64,000 nt of DNA from Actinomycetota bacterium (GCA_041180605.1 JBEGRF010000051.1:36421-100420); one strand, 5' to 3'; counted from the first letter of the stretch, positions 11,429 through 20,757 are shown. Program-made: numbers and translations. Notes: a model not told the origin generated them from the sequence alone.

Positions 11429-11467
11429 CCTCAAGCCGTACTTGAGGCGAACCCTGTAGTTCAGGGT
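11429..11467. terminator. Two adjacent GC-rich hairpins in the convergent parB/trxA spacer (possible bidirectional terminators)
   Basis: CCTCAAG-ccgta-CTTGAGG (11429-11447) and ACCCTG-tagtt-CAGGGT (11451-11467). No U-tract follows either, so the call is tentative. Confidence 0.3.
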
Positions 11468-11546
11468 GTCCCCAGCCTGTGGACAACCTTGGGGAAAGGG
11501 GTGGGGACGAGGTGGGGATGCCGAGCTGACGTGCCGAGGGCCGTGT

Positions 11547-11876
11547 TTAGGCGAGTTGTCCGGCGAGGTCGGCGAGCAACGCCGCCTTGCCGCGAGCACC
11601 GACGAGACGCTGCACTTCGGCACCGTTTTTGAAGACGATCATCGTCGGGATGCTCATCACGTTGAAGCGCATCGCGATGTCGCCGTGATCGTCGACGTTC
11701 AGTTTCGCGACGGTCAGCACGCCGGCTTTCTCGGTAGCGATCTCGCGGATGACGGGGTCGATCTGCTTGCACGGGCCGCACCATTCGGCCCAGAAATCGA
11801 CGAGTACCGGAGTGGTTGACGAACGAATCGTCTCGTCGAAATTTGCGGTGGTGAGAGTGACGACGTTGGCGGCCAT
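11547..11876 (-). CDS. trxA: Thioredoxin
   Basis: ATG 11876 (MAANVVTLTTANFDETI) with the WCGPC active site. The longer ORF to 12017 overlaps trxB and was rejected. Confidence 0.93.
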   Translation of the reverse strand: MAANVVTLTTANFDETIRSSTTPVLVDFWAEWCGPCKQIDPVIREIATEKAGVLTVAKLNVDDHGDIAMRFNVMSIPTMIVFKNGAEVQRLVGARGKAALLADLAGQLA

Positions 11877-11886
11877 GGCCGACACG

Positions 11887-12852
11887 CTACTTGCTCGTTG
11901 TTGCGTGCTGGTGCTCGAGCCAGCGCTCGGCATCGATCGCCGCCATGCAGCCCGAACCTGCGGCGGTGATGGCTTGTCGGTACGTGTGGTCTTGCACGTC
12001 GCCGCAGGCGAACACACCCGCTACGTTCGTGCGCGACGAGCCCGGTTGCGTCACGAGGTAGCCGGTCTCGTCCATGTCGAGCACACCGCTGAACAGGTCG
12101 GTGTTCGGGCGGTGACCGATGGCGACGAAGAGACCGCTGAGCGCGATGCGTTCGACCGCACCCGTGACGGTGTCGGTGACCTCGATCGACTCCAGCTTTT
12201 TGTCACCGTGCAACTTGGTGACCTGGGAGTTCCATCGGACCGAAATCTTCGGGTTGTTCAACGCGCGCTCCTGCATGATCTTCGAAGCACGGAACTTGTC
12301 GCGACGGTGCAAGATGGTGACCTTGGTAGCGAACTTCGTGAGGAACGACGCTTCTTCGATCGCCGAATCGCCTCCGCCGACGACCGCAATCTCCTGGCCG
12401 CGGAAGAAGAAGCCGTCGCACGTCGCGCACGTGGAGACACCGTGACCGATAAGGGCGGTCTCGTTCGGCAGGCCGAGCATCAACGATCGAGCGCCCGTGC
12501 TCACGATGACGGCATCGGCGGAGTACTCATCGTCGCGCACCCATACCCGGTGCGGACGTCCAGAAAAGTCGATTTTTGTTGCCTTTTCGGTGAGGAATTC
12601 GGCCCCGAATCGAGCCGCTTGGTCGCGCATGCGTTGCATGAGCTCTGGACCTTGCACGCCTTCGGGGAATCCGGGGAAGTTCTCCACTTCGGTGGTCAGC
12701 ATCAACTGGCCGCCTGGCTGGTCAGAGGTCGACGACGGTTCACCTTCGATGACGAGGGGAGCAAGCGAGGCCCGCGCTGCGTACACCGCCGCAGTGAGCC
12801 CGGCGGGGCCCGAGCCGATGATGATCACTTTGCGTTGTGGGTAGGTGGTCAT
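11887..12852 (-). CDS. trxB: Thioredoxin-disulfide reductase
   Basis: 321 aa. FAD motif VIIIGSGPAGLTAAVYAARA and redox centre CATCDG. Confidence 0.95.
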   Translation of the reverse strand: MTTYPQRKVIIIGSGPAGLTAAVYAARASLAPLVIEGEPSSTSDQPGGQLMLTTEVENFPGFPEGVQGPELMQRMRDQAARFGAEFLTEKATKIDFSGRPHRVWVRDDEYSADAVIVSTGARSLMLGLPNETALIGHGVSTCATCDGFFFRGQEIAVVGGGDSAIEEASFLTKFATKVTILHRRDKFRASKIMQERALNNPKISVRWNSQVTKLHGDKKLESIEVTDTVTGAVERIALSGLFVAIGHRPNTDLFSGVLDMDETGYLVTQPGSSRTNVAGVFACGDVQDHTYRQAITAAGSGCMAAIDAERWLEHQHATTSK

Positions 12853-12882
12853 GGAGTTCCTGTCTCGTGATGGATGGTGTGG

Positions 12883-13218
12883 TCAGCGGTCGTCGGAATC
12901 CGCGGCGGAATGACGAGCCTTCATGAGGAAGGCCCCGACGAGAATAAACGAACTGCCGACGAAGAAATACGTCGCCCACACGGCGCGCCGTTCGCTGAGG
13001 ACGAGTTCGAACACTTCTTGGGTGCCGCGAATGACCGCGATGAGCGCCACCACGACGAGCGAGACTGCGACGACGGCGACGATCGAGCCGAACACGATGC
13101 CGCGCACGACTGCGACCACCGGTTTGGTGGTTCGGTCGCGGACGAAACCCACGACGCGGTCGATGAGATCGACGGTCTTCCTCGGGAATTCCGGATCGCT
13201 CAGCGGGTTACCGACCAC
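12883..13218 (-). CDS. Small integral membrane protein (2-3 predicted TM), function unknown
   Basis: 111-aa ORF with hydrophobic segments IVFGSIVAVVAVSLVVVALIAVI and WATYFFVGSSFILVGAFLM. Tightly spaced between the kinase and trxB on the same strand. Confidence 0.55.
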   Translation of the reverse strand: MVGNPLSDPEFPRKTVDLIDRVVGFVRDRTTKPVVAVVRGIVFGSIVAVVAVSLVVVALIAVIRGTQEVFELVLSERRAVWATYFFVGSSFILVGAFLMKARHSAADSDDR

Positions 13219-13243
13219 GACGTCAGGCTAACGCTGACGCGTT

Positions 13244-14842
13244 TCACGCAGGGACGAATGCAACCTCGTTGATGCGACCCTGGAAGGGGTTGTTCGTACT
13301 GCACGCGGAACTCTTGCCGATCTCCGTCATCACGATCAACAAGTGCGTGACTGGAGCAGTGACGGAGAACTTCATGATCTCGCCGCGCGTGCGGTATTCC
13401 TTCCCGATTGGTGCACCCCAACCGTCGAAGCTCGACGGAGGCGTGCCCATCGTCCCGTAGATTTCCGCGCCCCAAGGACCGTTGGCGAAATTCACCCGCA
13501 ACATCCCGGTACCGGCACCCGTCAACGTGACGAGCACACCGATGCGCTCTTTGGATCCGAAGAATTTGTCGGCGTAGCACGAGGTCGCCCACGAACTTTG
13601 CGGGTTCTTGTCGACGAGGAGCCCGATGATCTCCTCGTTCTCCACGCCGTCGTCACCGTTCGGATCGAACGAATTGACCGAAGCGATGGTCGCTGGCCCG
13701 GCGACGACCGGTGCGACAGCAGCCGGCAACGTCTCTTGCGGAATCACCACATTCTCGGGGTCGTTCGTGCGCAGCACGGCGACGATGACGAGCGCCGTAA
13801 GGACGACGGTGGCCAGCAACAGTCGCGCAGTGGTAGTGCGCATGAAGCCGCCGACGCTGGAAGCGGCATTCTTTCGTCGGCGTGATCCGCGAACGGGCGA
13901 CTTGTCGGCCTGTCGGTCGCGCACGTTCGCCGCACCGGTGGTTCGTTCGAACTCGACCCGCTGACCGCGCGGGGGAGTGAACGAAGTGTCGGCGTCACGC
14001 AGATCGTTGAGCGCCGCCAGCAGGGCGACCCGCGTCTCTTCACCCGACTGGAATCGGTGGTCCGGGTTGCGCGCCAGCAGTTTGTGCACGACTCGCACCA
14101 GACGCGGGGAGAGGGTGGGTCGAAGATGCCCGAGGTCGGTGGGCTCGCGTTGCAGGCGGGCGAGCGCCGTGTCGGCGTCGTTGTCGCACACGAACGGAAC
14201 CTTGCCCGAGAGGCATTCGTACAGAACGAGACCGAGGCTGTAGAGGTCGGCTCGGCCGTCGAGCGGTTTGCCGCGCACGATCTCCGGCGAGAGGTACTTG
14301 GCCGTGCCCATCATGATGTTGTCGTTCGTGAGGTCGGTGCCCTCCGATGCATTGAGGGCCTTGGCGATGCCAAAATCCGCAAGCAAGAAATGCCCGTCGG
14401 GGCGCACGAGGATGTTGCCGGGTTTCACGTCGCGGTGGATGTACCCGTGCTTGTGCGTGGCGTCGAGCGCGGCCGCGATCGCAGCACCCATCATGATCGT
14501 GAGGCTCGGGGTGAGTCGCTTCTTTTTGTCGAGCAGATCGCGCAGACTGCGACCCTGAACGTATTGCATCACGACCACTTGGTTGCCTGCATGGGCGAAC
14601 GAGTCGTATACGGCGACGATGTTCGGGTGATTGAGCCCGGCACAGGCGAGTGCTTCGCGGCGGAAGCGCTCGATGGCAGTCTCGTCGCGGGCGATGTGGC
14701 GCTTCAACACCTTGATGGCGACTTGTCGGTCAAGAAACGTGTCGTGACCGAGCCACACTTCGGCCATTCCACCGCGGGCGATGAGACGCTCAAGCCGGTA
14801 GCGGTCGCCGATGAACCCTGGTTCGAGTTCGACGGCAGACAT
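13244..14842 (-). CDS. Transmembrane Ser/Thr protein kinase with ~175-aa extracytoplasmic C-terminal domain
   Basis: Hanks motifs GGMAEVW, VAIKVL, HRDVKPGNILV, DFGIAKA. One TM segment, LLLATVVLTALVIVAVL. Start set to ATG 14842; TTG 14854 is also possible. Confidence 0.9.
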   Translation of the reverse strand: MSAVELEPGFIGDRYRLERLIARGGMAEVWLGHDTFLDRQVAIKVLKRHIARDETAIERFRREALACAGLNHPNIVAVYDSFAHAGNQVVVMQYVQGRSLRDLLDKKKRLTPSLTIMMGAAIAAALDATHKHGYIHRDVKPGNILVRPDGHFLLADFGIAKALNASEGTDLTNDNIMMGTAKYLSPEIVRGKPLDGRADLYSLGLVLYECLSGKVPFVCDNDADTALARLQREPTDLGHLRPTLSPRLVRVVHKLLARNPDHRFQSGEETRVALLAALNDLRDADTSFTPPRGQRVEFERTTGAANVRDRQADKSPVRGSRRRKNAASSVGGFMRTTTARLLLATVVLTALVIVAVLRTNDPENVVIPQETLPAAVAPVVAGPATIASVNSFDPNGDDGVENEEIIGLLVDKNPQSSWATSCYADKFFGSKERIGVLVTLTGAGTGMLRVNFANGPWGAEIYGTMGTPPSSFDGWGAPIGKEYRTRGEIMKFSVTAPVTHLLIVMTEIGKSSACSTNNPFQGRINEVAFVPA

Positions 14843-14919
14843 GACTGGCGGCAAACGCTAGTTCTGGCCACCGTCTGAACGGTGGAATCACCTCGTGCAA
14901 GAGGTGTGCGGAGGTCAGT

Positions 14920-15753
14920 TCACTGCACGTGGTACGTGACGCCGATGGTGCCCGGGCCGGTGTGCGAGCCGATGACCGAGCCGATGTCGCCGACGATGAT
15001 CTCTCCCTTGTACGTCTCGCGCAACTGGGCGATGAAGGCGTCGACGTCGGTGCACTGGGCATGCAGCACCGCCACGTTGCTCACGTTGCCCGCGGCACGG
15101 AACTGCTCCACGACGAACGCCAACGCCTTGCTGCGCGTGCGCTGCTTGCCGCCTTCGGCGACCTTGCCGTCTTTCACGGTGATGATCGGCTTGATCGCAA
15201 GAGCCGAAGCGAGGAGTGCCTTTGCTCCGCCGATGCGACCGTTCTTCTTCAGGTTTTCAAGCGTGTCGAGCGCCCCCCACACCTTGGTGCGTTCGACCAA
15301 CGCGGTCACTTGCTTGATGAGATAGTCGACGCCGATGCCCGACTTGGCGAGCCTTGCAGCAGCGAGCACGTTGATGCCTTCGCCCATCGACGCGGCACGA
15401 CTGTCGACGATGTGCACCGGGATGTCGAGACCTGCTTCTTTGGCTCCTTGTTCGGCAGCTTGGTTGGTCGCCGAAAGTTCGGAAGAAAGCGTGATGACGA
15501 GAATCGCGGTCGCCCCCTCCTTCGCCAGACGCTTGTAGGTCTCGGCGAACTGGCCTGGGGCAGGTGCGGCGGTCTGAGGAAGCACGGGCGAGGCCGAGCA
15601 ACGGGCCCAGAATTCGGCGGGGGTGAGCGAGGCACGGTCGACGAATTCCTCGTCTCCGAAACGGAAGGTGAGCGGCACGATGCTGATGCCCAGTTCATCG
15701 ACCAGTTTCTGTGGCAGGTCGCACGCGGAGTCGGTGACGATTCGTACGGTCAT
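14920..15753 (-). CDS. DegV family fatty-acid-binding protein
   Basis: ATG 15753 (MTVRIVTDSACDLPQKLVDELGISIVPL) overlaps the upstream stop as ATGA. Length and N-terminal motif are typical of DegV. Confidence 0.87.
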   Translation of the reverse strand: MTVRIVTDSACDLPQKLVDELGISIVPLTFRFGDEEFVDRASLTPAEFWARCSASPVLPQTAAPAPGQFAETYKRLAKEGATAILVITLSSELSATNQAAEQGAKEAGLDIPVHIVDSRAASMGEGINVLAAARLAKSGIGVDYLIKQVTALVERTKVWGALDTLENLKKNGRIGGAKALLASALAIKPIITVKDGKVAEGGKQRTRSKALAFVVEQFRAAGNVSNVAVLHAQCTDVDAFIAQLRETYKGEIIVGDIGSVIGSHTGPGTIGVTYHVQ

Positions 15754-17756
15754 GGGTTGGAGCGTAGTGCCGGATGTTCCTTGGCCATTTTCTTCTTCGC
15801 GTTCCGCCGAGCGTGGACGAACCACCACAATGCAAGTACCGCGAGAAACACCGCGCTCACGCCCCGACCCAGCCCGGCGATGGCGTTCACCCGGATGCGA
15901 ATCTCGGCGACGTCGAGTACTGAACCGCTCTTGCTCATGAGCACCAGTTCGACAGGGATGAGGCCGTTGGAACGGGCGGACGCGTCAACGACGACTTCGC
16001 GTTGACCGTTCGCCGGGAGCACCGCGTCGACGAAGGCGGGGGTGAAGGTCATCTTGCCCGTCGGGCTTGAGAACTGTAATCGCACGGACAATTGGTAGTC
16101 GCTCGAGTTGGAGAGACCGAGGCGCAACGAACTGTCGCGGCTCCCGAAGGTGAACGATGATGCGGGGAGGACGACTGCCGATCGCACCGATTCGACTTCG
16201 TCGATCACGGTCTGGAGGTACTCGTTGCGGCGCTGCTCCGAGAGGGAAGTGTCGTTGGCGACGTCGATGATCTCGATCCACGAGTCGGTGACGTCATCGT
16301 TGGTGACCAACACCTCGCGCAAGGCTTCCACCGCAGAGATCGCGGCATTCGTGCGCGACTGGATCGACAGCACGTCGAGCACCGGCACAGTCGGAGGTTG
16401 GATGCGCGGCAGACCTTCGAGCGTCGGCGCGATGTTGCTCAGTTGACGGAGCGAGACCTGCGGCGTGTTGCGCAAGAGACGAAGCAGCGTGGCGGCGATC
16501 AACGGTTCCGCCGGCACACCAGCTGCGCTCGAGAGAACGACCTGGCGGCCGGAGAGGGCGGCGATGCCGATTGCGGAAGTGGTGATTGACTCGCGCTGGG
16601 CGATGATCTCCGCGGCGATCGCCGCTGCAGACTCGTGCGCGGTGCCCGTCGGCACGTCGAGCAGAGTCGCATACCGCGGGTCGGCGAGCGACACGGCGAC
16701 GCCGCTCAGGGCAGAACGCAGGGCGTACGGGCGACCGGTGTCCACGCCCTTGCCGTATACCTCCACCGCGGAGCCGACGACGACCACGTTCGTCACGCCG
16801 AGACCGCGAAGCAGATCGATGCTTGCTGAATCGACCGGCTCGCTGGTCACCCAGGTGCTGCGCGTCGAGAGATTCGGTCCGTTCAGCTCGTCGAGCACGA
16901 GCTCACCGCGCAAGAGCTGTGCTTCGAACTGCGTCTTCAATGCGGCCGCGCCGTACGACGCGACGCTCGTCGGACGGAATGTGGCGACCATGATCTCGCT
17001 GTCGGGGAGCTTGTTGAAGAGGTCTTCGCGCAGCTGTGCATCACCGGATTCACCCGACCGGGAGAGGCCGTCGAACATTTCTGGACGGATGCGCACGGCG
17101 ATGCGCGCCGCCGCAGGTTTGCGGTAGATGAGGTCGCGAAGGTCGCGCAACCGTTCGCGCTCGGCGTCACCGAGGAGGATCGTGCCGTCGGGTTGCAGCG
17201 CGGGCTGGCCGTCGGCATCCGCCACGAAGTAGACGGAGAGCGGCGGATAGGAACGGTTTGCCACGACGTTGAGAAACGTGTTCGCCTGGGCAAGAAGGTT
17301 GTCGCCCCCCGTGACGGTGACCCGGAGTGCCCGCAGACCCTCGCGCGGGATGCGCAATGTTCGGTCACGAGACGTCGAAGAAGTCGGGAGAGAAAGTTGG
17401 AATACCGCTTGTTCGTTCAGCGTCGACGCGGCGAACACCGGGCCTGTGAGCACGAGACTCGTTTCTTCTTTGAACGGTTCGCCGGCGACGGCGCGCGCAA
17501 CTTGTTCCCGGTTCGTGAGCGGTGGACTGAGCGAGACGACCGCAGTCGCCGCCGGATCCGTGAGGAGGTCGGCGATCTCCTCACTTTGCGGTGCGGTGAC
17601 GGTGAGAACGACCCGCTCCCCGATGCGTGCCGTGAAGGTCCCGGTCTCGATTTCGAGCCGGTAGCTCAGTGCCGATGACGGTGCTGCTTTGACGCTTACC
17701 GCCGCGAGCACGACCGCCGCCGCAACGGCGACGCGCCAAACGAGGGAACGACTCAT
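15750..17756 (-). CDS. Large exported protein with C-terminal membrane anchor (Rv3909/DUF6049-like by position and architecture)
   Basis: ATG 17756 gives the signal peptide MSRSLVWRVAVAAAVVLAAVSVKAAPSSA. C-terminal TM AVFLAVLALWWFV is followed by HARRNAKKK. ATGA overlap with the GNAT stop. The family name is from recollection and was not searched. Confidence 0.72.
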   Translation of the reverse strand: MSRSLVWRVAVAAAVVLAAVSVKAAPSSALSYRLEIETGTFTARIGERVVLTVTAPQSEEIADLLTDPAATAVVSLSPPLTNREQVARAVAGEPFKEETSLVLTGPVFAASTLNEQAVFQLSLPTSSTSRDRTLRIPREGLRALRVTVTGGDNLLAQANTFLNVVANRSYPPLSVYFVADADGQPALQPDGTILLGDAERERLRDLRDLIYRKPAAARIAVRIRPEMFDGLSRSGESGDAQLREDLFNKLPDSEIMVATFRPTSVASYGAAALKTQFEAQLLRGELVLDELNGPNLSTRSTWVTSEPVDSASIDLLRGLGVTNVVVVGSAVEVYGKGVDTGRPYALRSALSGVAVSLADPRYATLLDVPTGTAHESAAAIAAEIIAQRESITTSAIGIAALSGRQVVLSSAAGVPAEPLIAATLLRLLRNTPQVSLRQLSNIAPTLEGLPRIQPPTVPVLDVLSIQSRTNAAISAVEALREVLVTNDDVTDSWIEIIDVANDTSLSEQRRNEYLQTVIDEVESVRSAVVLPASSFTFGSRDSSLRLGLSNSSDYQLSVRLQFSSPTGKMTFTPAFVDAVLPANGQREVVVDASARSNGLIPVELVLMSKSGSVLDVAEIRIRVNAIAGLGRGVSAVFLAVLALWWFVHARRNAKKKMAKEHPALRSNP

Positions 17757-18421
17757 GCCTGCGGTCTTGACTCCCGCTCGAGCACGCAGAGTCGGTCTGG
17801 CACCGTCACGAAGCCGAGCTTGCGATACAGCGAAAGGGCGGCTTGGTTGGTCGGCTCGGTATTGACGAGCAACTCGACGGTCCCGCGCGAGTGGGCCCAC
17901 GCGAGACTCGCGTGCACGAGACGGCTGGCGATCCCTCGTCGGCGGGCGTCGCCGCCGACGGCGAGCCGCTGCAGGTACGCGGTCTGCGCAGAGCGGCCGA
18001 CAAGTGCGAACCCCGTCGTCGCGCCATCACCGCTGACGATGATCGCGTGGTCGTAGGTGGCGGTGCACGCCTTTGCGAATCCGTCGCGCGAGAAATTCCA
18101 CGGTGACGGGAATCCTTCGGCGTCCAGTTGCAAGAGTCCTTCAAGGATTGGCGCGTGGCGCCGCGACCGAAGTTTGCGCCACGACCATGTCGTCAGGTCT
18201 TCAAAGGAGCGTGACCCGAGAGGAACCGTGTTGCGTCGCAGCATCACCAACGACTGCACGACGGAGAAACCCTGTGCCTCGAACCAACGTGCGTCAGACA
18301 CACCCAACGCTGGGGTTCGCAGCACGTCGCCGTTGGCTCCTCGCACTTCGGTGCACGTCGCGAGAATTCGGCGCTCGTCATTTCGGCGTTGCGCACGCGG
18401 CCCGAACACGACAGCCGACAC
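17753..18421 (-). CDS. GNAT family N-acetyltransferase
   Basis: 222-aa ORF with an acetyl-CoA-binding-like block LQRLAVGGDARRRGIASRLVHASLAWA and ...NQAALSLYRKLGF. Confidence 0.8.
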   Translation of the reverse strand: MSAVVFGPRAQRRNDERRILATCTEVRGANGDVLRTPALGVSDARWFEAQGFSVVQSLVMLRRNTVPLGSRSFEDLTTWSWRKLRSRRHAPILEGLLQLDAEGFPSPWNFSRDGFAKACTATYDHAIIVSGDGATTGFALVGRSAQTAYLQRLAVGGDARRRGIASRLVHASLAWAHSRGTVELLVNTEPTNQAALSLYRKLGFVTVPDRLCVLERESRPQA

Positions 18422-18463
18422 ACTCGAACGCTAGTGGCGCAGTTGTTGCCTAACCTGTAGTTC

Positions 18464-19867
18464 GTGCAGCCGGCGCGTTTCGATGCCGTGGTCGCCGAAC
18501 TTGCACCCGTCACTGCAGCGTTCGAACGAGCGGGTCGACGTTTGTACATCGTCGGAGGCACCGTGCGCGACCTCATGCTCGGCCGCGACATTGCGACGCT
18601 CGACTTCGATTTCACAACGGATGCGCGGCCCGACGAAGTGAAGGCGCTACTCGAAGGTCTTGTCGATGCGTTGTGGACTCAAGGCGAACGTTTCGGCACG
18701 ATCGCGGCCAAGCGCGGAGAGCGCACCCTCGAAATCACCACGCACCGTGCCGAGGCGTACGTTCCAGATTCGCGCAAACCCGAGGTGAAGTTCTCCGATT
18801 CGGTCGAAACAGACCTCTCTCGTCGAGATTTCACGATCAATGCGATGGCATTGGAACTGACGGCGAAGTCACCGCAGTTGGTCGACCCGTACGGCGGGCT
18901 CGATGACCTGATGGCGCGACGCTTGCGTACACCGCTCTCGCCGCAGGAGAGTTTCAACGACGATCCTCTACGAATGTTGCGCGCGGCGCGATTCTTGGCG
19001 ACGCTCTCCGTCGTGCCCGATGACGCTCTTGTGGCGGCGGTGAAGACGATGAACGAACGACTGCAGATCGTCTCCCCCGAACGCGTGCGCAACGAATTCG
19101 ACCGGATGATGGTGACGGAGTCACCCACTCTCGGCCTCCGTTTCGCCGTCGAGACCGGCCTCGCCGACCGCTTCTTGCCGGAATTGCCAGCACTCTCGCT
19201 GGAGCAGGACCCGATCCATCGTCACAAAGACGTGCTGACGCACACATTGGCGGTCGTCGAGAACGTGCGCCCGGACATGCCGGGGGAGTTTCGCATCACG
19301 CGACTGGCGGCACTCTTCCACGACATCGGCAAGCCGCGCACGCGCAAAGTGCTGCCCGACAGAGGAATGACCTTCTACCACCACGAAGTGGTCGGGGCGA
19401 AGATGACCCGCAAGCGGATGCGCGAACTGCACTACTCGAACGAGGACATCCGCAAAGTCTCCGAACTGGTGTTCCTGAGCGGACGCTTCCACACGTATCA
19501 AATGGGCTGGACGGACTCTGCCGTCCGCCGCTACGTGCGCGACGCAGGAGACGTGCTCACCGAACTCAACGTACTGGTGCGCTGCGACTGCACGACGCGC
19601 AGCGAGAAGAAAGTCGATGCGCTCAACCGCCGCATGGACGAACTTCAGTCGCGCATCGACGACCTCGCGCAGAAAGAGGAGCTCGCTGCGCTGCGACCAG
19701 AGATGGATGGTGTCGCCGTCATGCAACACCTCGGCATCGCACCCGGTCGTGCGGTCGGTGAAGCGATGGAGTTCTTGATGGAGATCCGTCTCGACGAAGG
19801 ACTGATCGGCGTCGAAGAGATCCGCAAGCGTCTCGATGCGTGGTGGGCGGCGCGCGCCGACACCTGA
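18464..19867 (+). CDS. cca: CCA tRNA nucleotidyltransferase / poly(A) polymerase family with HD domain
   Basis: 467 aa. Nucleotidyltransferase motif YIVGGTVRDLMLGR...DFDFTT, RRDFTINAMA, and HD region HRHKDVLTHTL...LFHDIGKP. Divergent from the GNAT operon, as for pcnA in mycobacteria. Confidence 0.9.
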   Translation: MQPARFDAVVAELAPVTAAFERAGRRLYIVGGTVRDLMLGRDIATLDFDFTTDARPDEVKALLEGLVDALWTQGERFGTIAAKRGERTLEITTHRAEAYVPDSRKPEVKFSDSVETDLSRRDFTINAMALELTAKSPQLVDPYGGLDDLMARRLRTPLSPQESFNDDPLRMLRAARFLATLSVVPDDALVAAVKTMNERLQIVSPERVRNEFDRMMVTESPTLGLRFAVETGLADRFLPELPALSLEQDPIHRHKDVLTHTLAVVENVRPDMPGEFRITRLAALFHDIGKPRTRKVLPDRGMTFYHHEVVGAKMTRKRMRELHYSNEDIRKVSELVFLSGRFHTYQMGWTDSAVRRYVRDAGDVLTELNVLVRCDCTTRSEKKVDALNRRMDELQSRIDDLAQKEELAALRPEMDGVAVMQHLGIAPGRAVGEAMEFLMEIRLDEGLIGVEEIRKRLDAWWAARADT

Positions 19868-19886
19868 ACCAACTACGGTGAGGGCA

Positions 19887-20288
19887 ATGGGCCGAACCAC
19901 ACGAACATCGCGCGACGCGACGATCGACTATCGCATGGTGCGACGCGCCTTCATCGAGCGCGTGCGCAACGGCGATGTCTCGTTGCGCGAGGCCTGCGAC
20001 GCAGAACGCGACTTGCTGCGCGCCGCGCGTCACTACGGCACCGCGCGACGCACCCCGTGCCCGCTGTGCGCAAGGGAGTCGTTGCGCAACGTGACGTATC
20101 TCTTCGGGCCGCGCTTGCCGAAATCGGGACGTTGCATCACTTCGAACTCAGAGTTGCGCGACTTCGACCGGCGCACCGAGCACTACACGGCTTACACCGT
20201 CGAGGTGTGCACGGAATGCGAGTGGCATCACCTGTTGACCGCGGTGCCGCACGGCGGTGCCCGACCTCGCGTTCGTCGCCGCGCGTAA
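19887..20288 (+). CDS. Conserved actinobacterial four-Cys (zinc-ribbon-like) protein, DUF5318-like
   Basis: ATG 19887 after GGTGAGGG. Contains CPLC ... CTEC cysteine pairs. Lies immediately upstream of rpsF. The family name is from recollection. Confidence 0.65.
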   Translation: MGRTTRTSRDATIDYRMVRRAFIERVRNGDVSLREACDAERDLLRAARHYGTARRTPCPLCARESLRNVTYLFGPRLPKSGRCITSNSELRDFDRRTEHYTAYTVEVCTECEWHHLLTAVPHGGARPRVRRRA

Positions 20289-20421
20289 CGGCGCGTGCAC
20301 ACAACTGAGGTGTGACACCCCCGTGGCAACCTCGGTGCGTGACGGTACGCTCAATCTTCCTATTCACCCTGCCCTTAACTGGGCCTCGACCCGCCGGGTC
20401 GTGTCCGAAGGGAGGCAAGCA

Positions 20422-20757
20422 ATGCGTCCATACGAGCTGATGATCATCGTCAGCGGTGCTCTCGACGAGAACACCGCCCACGGGTGGATCAAGCAGGTCA
20501 CCAAGTCGGTGACGAGCGTCGGCGGTTCCGTGCACGGAACGCCCGATTGGTGGGGCAGGCGCCGCCTGGCCTACCCGATCAAGAAGCAGAACGACGGCTA
20601 CTACGCGGTGTTCAATCTCGTCGCCGACGGTGGAGCGCTCGACGAAGTCGAGCGAACGCTGCGGCTCTCCGACGACGTGTTGCGGCACAAGGTGCTGCGT
20701 CTTCCCGATCACGAAGCCAAGCGCCGCGGCATGTTGCCCGCGGGTTCGGCAAAGTAA
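20422..20757 (+). CDS. rpsF: 30S ribosomal protein S6
   Basis: ATG 20422 after GGGAGG. MRPYELMIIVSGALDE...WGRRRLAYPIKKQNDGYYAVFNL. Confidence 0.95.
   Translation: MRPYELMIIVSGALDENTAHGWIKQVTKSVTSVGGSVHGTPDWWGRRRLAYPIKKQNDGYYAVFNLVADGGALDEVERTLRLSDDVLRHKVLRLPDHEAKRRGMLPAGSAK

Noticed and set aside
11429-11447. Hairpin CCTCAAG-n5-CTTGAGG, whose arms resemble HAIR half-sites.
   Set aside because: Orientation and spacing are inverted relative to the HspR operator (CTTGAGT-N7-ACTCAAG). It also lies between two gene ends, so it is more plausibly a terminator stem.
14405-14425. GGTTTCACGTCGCGG, a perfect left half of parS inside the kinase gene.
   Set aside because: The right half does not match, so it is not a palindrome. 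It is likely chance.
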